Assembly: GCA_028534125.1 (NCBI GenBank)
Contig: CM052817.1
Span: forward strand, 105,464,001-105,528,000
Reading direction: 5' to 3'
Length of the DNA: 64,000 nt
Source: Lama glama
Taxonomy: Eukaryota
The translations under genes were made by a program, and so were the position numbers. Every line of letters starts with the position of its first letter. The first letter of the stretch is position 1. This document shows positions 54,191 to 64,000 of the stretch, in pieces. The notes under the pieces were generated by a model. The model searched no databases, was not told the DNA's origin, and saw nothing but the letters and a program-made list of their open reading frames with translations.

Positions 54191-54579
54191 CAAAATAAAG
54201 TGTATCCACAAATACTTTGTGAAATATATGCAATCAATGATATATTTATTTTTTTACCAGGATTTTTGTTTACTGGGTAGAGTGGATATCTACTCTTGCC
54301 CTACGATTTTCTATTGCCTAAGAAGCAATTAGCTATTCATTATGAATCTGTTTCATTATTGTAGTTGATTGACATTAATTAATGCACTGTTAAGCCTCCC
54401 CACAGAATGAATCAAGGTAGGTCATGCATTTCAGACAAATCTATCCTTTTTTTTTTATCCATACTCATCTTTTCTTCATTATTTTTGGTTACAATGGAAA
54501 GAAACACTTGTACCTTTAATCCCTGGTAATGTTTCCTTTGTATCCATTTTTTTCTACATTAAGACCAGAGTCTAATTTT

Positions 54580-55610
54580 TTTACTTAATTTTTTTAAAAT
54601 TAGGAAATAGTTTAAATATACATAAAGATACAGAGAATAAAAACCCATAACCAGCTTTAGCAATTTAGAAGAATTAGCCATACTTATTTTTCAGAGATAT
54701 AAGTGATAAAAAGATAACTCCATTTGCATCCTCACCTCAATCTCATTTTTCTCCCTCTCCATAGGTCATCACAATCTGATGATCATTCCCATGAATGTTA
54801 TTACATGATTTCCATATGGTATTTAGCCATGGAAAATATATGTAGTGTTGATTTGCATGTTTTCAAACTTTATACAAATAAGTGGAACCATATCATACAA
54901 AACACCCTCGAGTTCAATTTCACTATTGTTTCTGAGATGTATCCATATCTCTAGTTGGTTCATTTTAGCTTGAGCTGTAACATTTTTAAACCCTAATGGT
55001 TATTCTGATTGCTTTCATTCTCACCAGCAACACTGGAGTGGGTCTTCATGTACATCTCCCTGAACACATGAGGAGAGACTGCAGAGTTTTAGGTGTAGAA
55101 TTGCTGAGTCAGAGTAGCCACATCTTCAACTTTACCAGATATTGATAAATTATCCTTTTTAAAAAAGCTATTTCCAAATGCATGTATGAATATTCCAATT
55201 GCTTCACATCTTTCCTATTTCTTCACATCTTTCACACTGTGATGCTTTTGCAATATGATGATTTTCAAATAGTTCATTGTGGTTTTATTTGTGTTTCCCT
55301 TACTATCGTGATGTCTGTTGTCAATTATTCTAATACCCCCAAATCCATCCTTTCTGTACTGGTGTAAATCATTTCTATCATATGTAAAATTTCTGTAAAT
55401 AGATCATATTCAATAATTTTCTTGCTGTTCTTGAGAATTCATGCTTCATAGATGAATTTCAAAACAAAATTGTGAAATTGAGGTGCAAAAATGCCCATTG
55501 AGGAATTTTGGTTGGAACTGCAGTGAATCTGTGACTTAGGAATATCTTTACTGTTTTGAGTCTCTTCAGCCTAGGCTGTATAATATGCTTCAATTTATTT
55601 TATTACTCTT
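54580..55610 (-). mobile_element. Very old L1ME-type fragments, antisense
   Basis: aaatggaaccatatc.., gtagaattgctgagtca..atcttcaactttaccagatattg, cattgtggttttatttgtgtttcc, ttggaactgcagtgaatctgt. Confidence 0.6.
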
Positions 55611-55679
55611 CAGTTTCCCAGATCTAGAAAATCTGTTGTTTTATATTTAAAGCATTAACTTTTTCACCCTCTGAAATTT

Positions 55680-56830
55680 AACTCCCCGAGGATTTGGTCT
55701 TTGTATTGATCATGTGGTCTCCTCTGCCTAAAACATGCAAATTGAAGATACTAAATATGTCTACACATTCAGTGAATGTTGAATAGTTTGTATTTTGTTG
55801 TCCTGCTCTCTGGTCTACCTTTGATGTCTCACCTTAGGATGGCCACCTTGCATTAATAATTTTAAGGACTTCAAGTCTCTTCCTCTGGAAACAGCGCACT
55901 TTCTCCCAACTGTCATCCAACTTATATTCCTTTTCATCCAAACTTTACGGTTCCTTATACCCAGTGGTCCTCTACTTACCTCACAATCTGATTGCTACAC
56001 TATTACTCCAAAGAAGCTGTTCTTGCCAATGGCAATATTAACTTACTTGTTACTAGACCCAGTGATTTTTTTTCTTCATATTTTACAAGTACATGAAGTA
56101 TCTCCTCATGTATGTGAAATTGCTTTTCATTCCCTCCACTTGAATGTTGGTGAATATTTGCTTTTCTTGGTTTTTCAGTCACCTTATTTCCCCCAAACCT
56201 GTCTATTTCTGGTCACTCCTCAATTGCCTTTAATAAGTTCCTTTAGTCGTCATATGAAGGTTGAAATTCCTTAAAGTTCTGACTTCAGATTTTGTCTTCT
56301 GATCTAACCCATTCTTCTTTGGCTCTTATAAATCTATGTGCTGTAATAATTCAATTGATACCTTCAGATTAGATGTCTCACCGGAGCTACAACACATGCT
56401 TGGCCCACTGGACATGGTGACTTGGATTCTCAGTACCATTTATTCAAACCCAAATTGCATGTTTATCTAATGTCAAAGTCTACTTTTATTTCTGTGTTTC
56501 TCTCTCAGATCATGACATCACCATATACCCAGTGGCTAAAGCAATAAAAATATAGTCTTCTCCCTTTCCCTTGTTGCTCAAGGGATTAAAAATCCATGTT
56601 GAATATTTCTCCTAAAAAGTCTAAAATCTGGTCCATTCTCTCTTTCTCCCTACAAGTCTCTGAGTTCAGGCCACCATCATTTCTAGGTAGGTAAAGCAAC
56701 AGCTTTCTACATGATCTCCTTGCATCCATTGTTATCCTCTCTTGGTCTGTTTCTTCTACCAGAATATTCTTCCTAAAAGGCAAAACTCATCCTGAGATCT
56801 TTTTAATGATCTCTTATTCCCCTCAAGATA
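55680..56830. mobile_element. L2 LINE fragments
   Basis: ctctcagatcatgacatcaccatatacccagtggctaaagc..caggccaccatcatttct..aacagctttctac. Confidence 0.6.
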
Positions 56831-57249
56831 TCAAGTGCACCATCCTTAATTTGTTTATCTGTCAAATAACTACTCCTTCCTGATGGTAGTTGGAGTTTTT
56901 GTTAGCTTGTTTGGTTTTGTTGATTTTGTTTTGTTTTGTTTTTACTCATAGCCTATAAACTTGCCATACCAAACTACTACCCCAAAACGCCACATTCCTT
57001 CTTGCTTTTTGGTCCTTATATCTGGTGTTCACTCACCTTAATTCATAATATTAACCCATACTTTTCTTAACCCAATCTTCCTTCATGTCCCACATACTTC
57101 CCAGTCCCTAGGTCGACTTTAGTGGACTTGCTTAAATATTCCTATACTAACCCAAAGCTCTCCAGTATACCACTGACCACACACTGTTATAATGCTCTGT
57201 TTATTGTCAGGCATTCTCTGGTTGAGGGATGTCTTAGATCAGGGATATT

Positions 57250-57768
57250 ACCTATATTCAATGTCTACTGCTTCCTTAACACATTACCAAAAATGTATAG
57301 ACTTAAAACAATACATATTTTTCACCTTAGAGTATTGTAGGTCAGAAATCAGACACAGATACCTCTGGGCTGAAATCCATGCAGTGCCAAGGCACCCCTT
57401 CTAGGGGTGCTAGAAATAAGTTATTTCCTTGCCCTTTTCAGCTTCTAGAAGCCACTACATTACTTAGTTCATGGCTCCAATCTTTCGTCTTCAAAGCAGG
57501 CAACTTTGGGTCAAGTCTTCCTCAAGCTGCCCATTTCTGGTTCCCTTCTTCCTGTCTTCCTCTTCCACTTACAAGAACCCATGTGATTACATTCCCCCCC
57601 ACCGACAGAATATTCCAGAATAATCTCCCTATCTATCTCAAGGTCAATTGATGAGTAATCTTAATTTCAACTGTAACCTAAATTCTTCTTTGCCATGTAT
57701 CCTAACATATAATCTGCTTCAGGGATTAGGATGTGGTCATTTTGAGGGCTGGGGGTCGGGGTACCACA
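57250..57768 (-). mobile_element. MLT1D-like solo LTR
   Basis: cttaaaacaa..gtaggtcagaaatc..ttccttgcccttttcagcttctagaagcc..tcttcaaagc..catgtgattacatt..tccagaataatctccc..gggattaggatgtgg. Confidence 0.85.
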
Positions 57769-58756
57769 CTGTCCAAGTAGATAGCATATTCTGGATGCTT
57801 ATTTTATGAATGGGACAATCCATGAATGAATTTCAGAAGCCATCAAATTCAATATGATAATTGCAGTATAAAGCAATGTTTGTGCACTGTCTATGAAAAG
57901 CACTGTGCAGGCATAGTGCTACTGTGTGAGTCAACACAATATGGCCTAGTGTAAATAACATGGAAATCACAAGCGAGGGGCTGGAATTTTTTCTCAGCCC
58001 TGATTCTTCCTATTCTTGATTTGAGAATGGTTAATTAATTTTTCCAAGAATCACTTTTTGTATGTTGTTTTGATTTATTTTCTCCTTGAAACACAGAGAC
58101 TGAAGTAGGACCTGACATACTTATTCTGCATAAGTACAAATATCAAACTAGATAGTACTTTTAAAAACCCTTCTTAAACCCTCCACACAATTATAATATT
58201 GTCAATAGAAGCTTAAAAGGGATGCTATCTTATTTCATACCTGAATTACTATCTGGGATGATTTGTCCTCGATTTGTCATTTGAACTTGAATTTAAGGAT
58301 GCTTTAAATTTTAGAATAGTCTACAAAAGACATAAGGCAACAGTTTTCTTGCTCTGTGGAGCCCAATTATACTTGGTGTTTTTTTTAAAAAAGAAAAATG
58401 TATTGGTCTGGCTACTTAAGTTTTAAGTACATGGTACATGGTTAAATTTTAAACAGAAGGCAGAGCCCCCTTTCACTGCTTTAAACCACTGCCAACCCTA
58501 TCCTCCCAGCCTTTACATTTGAGCACCTTATTTCTGCCCTGATCTAGGACATCGATGTCTGAGTCTGGGTCTTTGTCCTGATACGTGCCTTCAGTCACCT
58601 GGGATCCTGAGGAGACTTCTGTTCTGACCCTTTTCTATTTATATTTGTTTCCCATTTAAGTCATCTTTGCAAAAAAAGTTTGACTGAGTGTGTAGAAAAG
58701 TTGGTAGCTAAATCAGCAATGAATATTTTAGGGATAAAGTGATATATTAAATGAGT

Positions 58757-61704
58757 TGTAGAGGTTTGCTAGAGTTTTTGTAACAAAATGTCACAAACCT
58801 GGGGCTTAAACAACAGAAATTTATGTCTCAGTTCTGGAGGCAAAGATGTCCGCAATACAAGTTTGGTAGGATTGGTTCTTTCTGTGGGCTGTTCCAGGCC
58901 TCTCTCCTTGGCTTGTAGATGGCTGACTTCATGTTCACATGGTGTTTTTTCTATACGTGTGTCTCTGTGTGCAAATCTCTTCTTTTTTTAAACACCATTA
59001 TTGTGGTATAGTTCCTGTACAGTAAACTACACATATTTCAGATGTACAACTTGATGAATTTTGATAGATGTATACACCTGTGAAATCACCACCACAATCA
59101 AGATAGCTAACATTTCCATCACTCCCCAAGAGGTGCAAATTTTGTACTCCCGAGTTATCCCTTCCCACTCCCTTTACCCTCTGGTAGCCATAAGTTTGTT
59201 TTCTATGTCTGTGAATCTGTTTCTGTTTCATAGATAAGTTCATTTGTGTCCTTTTATTTATTTAGATTCCACATATAAGCGATATATGGCATTTTTCTTT
59301 CTTTCTCTGGCTTACTTCGCTTAGAATGACAATCTCCAGGTCCATCTACGTTGCTGCAAATGGCATTAGTTTATTCTTTTTATGGCTGAGTAATATTCCT
59401 TTGTGTGTATATATATTATACATATGCAACTTCTTTATCCAGTCATCTGTCAATGGACATTTAGGCTGTTTCCATGTCTTGGCTATTGCAAATAGTGCTG
59501 CTGTGAACATTGGGGTGCAGGTGTCTTCCAATGATCTATTTCTCCAGATATTTGCCCAGGAGTGGGATTGCTAGATCATATGGTAAGTCTATTTTTAGTT
59601 TTTTTAAGGACTTCCATACTGTTCTCCATAGTGGCTCTAATTTAGATTCCCACTAACAGTACAGGAGGGTTTCTTTTTTCTCCACACCCTCTCCAGCATT
59701 TATCATTTGTGAACTTTCTAATGATGGCCATTCTGACTGGTGTGAGATTGTAGTTTTGATTTGTATTTCTCTAACAATTAGTGATGTTGACCATCTTTTC
59801 ATGTGCCTATTGGCCATCTGGATGTTTTCTTTGGAAGGATATCTATTTAGGTCTTCTGCCCATTTTTTTGATTGGGTTGCTTGATTTTTGATATTAAGCC
59901 ATATAAGCTGTTTGTATATTTTGGAAATTAGTCCCTTGTCAATCACACCATTTGCAAATATTTTCTCCCATTTTGTAGGTTGTCTTTTCATTTTGTTGAT
60001 GGTATCCTTAGCTGAGTAAAAGCTTTCAAGTTTAATTAGGTCCTATTTGTTTATTTTTGCTTTTATTTCCATTACTTTAGAAGCTGGTTCAAAAAAATAT
60101 TGCTGTGATTCATGTCAGAGTGCTCTGCCTATGTTTTCCTCTAGGAGTTTTATAGTATCTGGTCTTACATTTAGGTCTTTAATCCATTTTGAGTTTATTT
60201 TTGTATATAGCATTAGAGAATATTCTAATTTCAGTCTTTTGCAGGTAGCTGTCCAGTTTTCCCACCGCCACTTATTGAAGAGACAGTTTTTTCTCCATTG
60301 TATATTCTTGCCTCCTTTATCATGGATTAATCAACCATAAGTGCATAGGTTCTGGACTTTATCCTGTTCCATTGATCTGTGTGTCTGTTTTTGTGCCAGT
60401 ACCATATTGTTTTGATCACTGCAGCTTTGTATTATAGCCTGAAATCAGGGAGCATTATTCCCCCAGCTCCGTTCTTTTTCAAGACTGTTTTGGCTATTTG
60501 GGGTCTTTCATGTTTCCATACAAATTTTAACATTTTTTATACCAGCTCTGTGAAGAATGTCATTGGTAATCTGATAGGGATTGTATTGAATCTGCAGCTT
60601 GCCTTAGATGATATGGTCATTTTAATGATACTGACTCTTCCTGTTCAAGAACATGGTATATCTTTCCATCTCTTTATGTTATTTTCAATTTCTTCCATCA
60701 GTGTCTTATAGTTTTCAGGGTGCAGGTCCTTTGCCTTTTTAGGTAGGTTTATTCCTAGGTATTATATTATTTTTGGTGCGATGGTAAATGGGATTGTTTC
60801 CTTGATTTCTTTTTCTGCAATTTCATTGTTAGTGTATAGAAATGCAATTGATTTCTGTATATTAATTTTGTATCCTGAAACTTCACCAAGTTCATTGATG
60901 AACTCTAGTAGTTTTCTGGTCACTTCTTTAAGGTTTTTTTTTTTTATGTATAGAATCATGTCATCTATGAACAGTGACAGTTTTACTTCTTCTTTTCCAA
61001 TCTGGGTTCATTTTATTTCTTTTTCTTCTCAGATTACTATGGCTAGGACTTCCAAAACTATGTTGAATAAAAGTGGCAAGAGTGGGCATCCTTGTCTTGT
61101 TCTTGATCTTAGAGGAAATGCTTTCAGCTTTTCACCATTAAATATGATGTAGGCTGTGGGTTTGTCATATATGAACTTTATTATGTTGAAATATATTCCC
61201 TATATGCCCATTTTCTGGAGAGTTTTTAAGCATAAATGGATTTTGAATTTTATCAAAAGCTTTTTCTTTATCTATTGAGATGATCATATGGTTTTTATTC
61301 CTCAATTTGTTAATGTGGTGTATCACATTGATTGATTTGTGGATACTGAAAAAACCTTGCATTCTGGGGATAAATCCCACTTGATCATGGTGTAGACCAT
61401 TCTAATGCATTGTTGGAGTCAATTTGCTAGTATTTTGCTGAGGATTTTTGCAACTATATTCATAAATGATGTTAGCCTATTTTCTTTTTGTGTGTGTGTG
61501 TGATCTCTTTGTCTGGTTTTGCAAATCTCTCCTTTTTATAAGTACATCAGTCATATTGGATTAGGGCTCCCTCTAATGACCTCATCTTAACAACTAACTG
61601 CATTTGCAAGATCCCTGTTTTCAAACAACGTCACATTCTCAGGTGCTGGCGGTTAAAATGTCAACAAATGAATTTTTCTGGGGGACAAAATGCAACCCAT
61701 AACA
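58757..61704 (-). mobile_element. MLT1B-like solo LTR (58757-58987 and 61520-61704) split by an L1 insertion
   Basis: Left half ggcttaaacaacagaaattta..cagttctggaggc; right half cagtcatattggattagggc..gtcacattctcaggt..caacccataaca. Confidence 0.85.
58988..61519 (-). mobile_element. 5'-truncated lineage-specific L1 (part of RT domain, ORF2 C-terminus, 3' UTR), inactive, 18-bp TSD
   Basis: ORF2 peptides [37 protein letters not shown] (decayed FADD), [47 protein letters not shown] tgcaaatctct(t/c)cttttt at 58970-58987 and 61520-61537. Confidence 0.95.
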
Positions 61705-63961
61705 CCAGTCACCACATCAAACACATTTTTAACAACTGGAACACACAAATTATACTCATAAGTAAGATGTAGAAAAAATAAAAAATAAATTAAAAAAAAC
61801 CCTAAATAATACATAAATAAGATGAAACATAGTTGTTGGAATTTTCCTGTACAACTACTGCCTTAAATGTAATTTGCACAGGAATGCTTTTCTCCATAAA
61901 ATTTAAAAATAATAGAGCACTTACAAGAGAGCTTGATTACAACTTATTAAGGAGATTGTGCAAGTGATTTAACTAAAATGTGCAAATAGATGAGGATAGT
62001 CAGAACAAAAGCAAGTCAAGTGTTTTACGTAGTATCAAAAATATACAAATAATCAGGCTTATTTTGTAGTTCAATATTTTGTTAAGCCAAACAGTTTTGA
62101 TTTCGCATATGATTTTTCAAGTAGATAAAGCATTATTATTTGAGTTTGATCAACAGCAATTAATTTGGTTACCTTTCTACTAGGAGTTCCCATTCCACTT
62201 TTATGCATTTCAATAAGCATTGGCATAATACAAGCTACACTTTGACCAAGGTGTGTTACATTCATTATCCTGTCTCTGGAGCAGTTTCAGTGCCAGCTTC
62301 TCTGATTTTTATTTCATCCTTATTGATAAATACTTGTCTTCAGTGTGTTCTCTGAAAGAGTTAAATGAACATCCTCTCTCCATGTTCATTCAAGACTCTC
62401 TTTATTTTGTCATTGAGAAAAATCATCACTAAGTATATTATGAATTATTATCTCACAATTATTGAGCCAAATTACATGTGTGATAAAAGCTTTTTGGTTT
62501 TCAAAAGCCAACAACGTGAGGTGATGCATTGTCAGGATTATTTAGAGGTTAACGGCTACTTCTGAACACAAGGATTTTGTTCAGTTGACCATTTCCCTCT
62601 TATTTTCTCAGGTAAAATTGACACTCAAAAGAAAATAAAGTATCATACAAAAAATATAGCTTGTAAGTCATAAAATAATCTATATGCATTCCTATCCAAT
62701 ACAATAAGAGAATATATGTGATATAACTATTATCAGATAAATAATGGTCTTCCTCTTTAAAATATTATATCCACTATCATTTAGAAACTATAAAAAAATA
62801 GTTTTCTCATTTTTTATTCAGCCTCAATCAATATGATCATCTGTCCATCATATGTTCAAAAGAAGAATAGCACTGAAATTTTAAAACATGTTAGCCTTAA
62901 ATAGTCGATCCTTAAAATTTGTCATACTGATTATCTTTAAATGTATCACATTTGGCCATTTTAAAATTTAGAATTATAAAGGTTATTATAAAGTAGTTGA
63001 TTCAGAAAAAACTGAAAATCACACCCTTCTTTCTCTACTTTTTCCTTTAAAACCAATCAATGAATAGAAGTCAGTAGTTGATGTTATGAACTTATTTCAT
63101 AAGTTCTTTCTTATTATAAGTTCTTTTCTTATTATTAAACATTTTATGTTTCAACATAAAATAAAATAAGAGTTAATGCTGTTTTCAGTTTCAAAATAAA
63201 TATATAGACTTTGCTTAATTTTGTTAGGCATCTTTGATGCTTAATTTTTAATTTTTAATCCATCCTTTTAATTTATTATGAAATATGACAAATATGGTGT
63301 TTGAGAGCTGCTTCATACTTGTGTCCGAATGGTGATAAAAAGACTCTGAAAAGTCTTGATGTCTCATGGTATTGTTGCAGAAGGAGCTTATAAGGTAGAA
63401 GAGCTGTCCCATGCTTCGTGGCCCTTCCTTCTCTTCCTCTTCAACTGCAGGTCCAGATTGCCTTCTCAGCTCATCCTCTTAGCTGTGGGCACCTGCCTCT
63501 GCATGAGACCACAAGGGGTGACTCACAGCCACACTTCACTTCCCTTTTCTTTAGTTTCCATAAAGCTAGCACACAGTGCTGTACGGACAAACCAGGTATT
63601 ATTAAAGGGTTAGATTTACTAAAGAGGATTATAAATTGATTACAAAAAGCAAAACCCTGATCTGTAAATTGGACATTTCCCATAAACCAAAGCAGAAGCT
63701 CGCAGAGAGTCAATTTGATTCCTCTGTGGATTTCCCTGGTGACCAGTCCTGCTTACTCTACCTGCTCTCTGGTTCTCTAGGAAACTTCCTCCTTCTCCTC
63801 GGGTTCATTTTGTTAATCTCCACTCTATGGCTGGTGAGCTCCATTTCACAGGATTGTCCAGAGTGAACAGTGGACACTGCAAGTCCGAAGTTCCTTAGAG
63901 TACCTCTTCATTAACAGATGGGGCTTTATTCTTTAGAATGTCCAGGACTCAGAGTTTAATC

Positions 63962-63989
63962 CAACACACATACACACACACACACACAC
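63962..63989 (+). repeat. (CA)n microsatellite
   Basis: Seen directly in the sequence. Confidence 0.9.
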
Positions 63990-64000
63990 CAGATACCAGT

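Noticed and set aside
59346..61380. Reverse-transcriptase-like ORFs as an active or novel RT system
   Set aside because: They are fragments of an ordinary 5'-truncated L1 ORF2 with stops, frameshifts and an altered FADD motif.

Overview
This is mammalian genomic DNA, most likely camelid (alpaca/llama/camel) given the tRNA-derived Vic-1-type SINEs and the young L1 3' ends. The window lies inside the large gene FSTL5 (follistatin-like 5) on the + strand. It holds two internal coding exons (28964-29160 and 42179-42299, the two EF-hand exons, probably exons 5 and 6). The rest is AT-rich intron with old eutherian repeats (MIR, L2, L1M, MLT1, MER5/33/58/63, Tigger), lineage-specific repeats (SINEs, L1, MER41-like and other ERV1 solo LTRs), microsatellites and two assembly gaps. 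Most six-frame ORFs are spurious or repeat-derived. I see no prokaryote-type system, CRISPR array, RNA gene or new protein-coding system. The most interesting signals are: a 380-bp orphan CpG-rich insert with a 12-bp target duplication inside an MLT1 LTR; chimeric and inverted L1 insertions; three MER41-like LTRs with GAS/STAT motifs; inverted repeats around a frame-preserving 318-nt exon pair (candidate circRNA with no in-frame stop); and unusual CpG richness of the first exon. Repeat family names come from visual recognition, not a RepeatMasker run.
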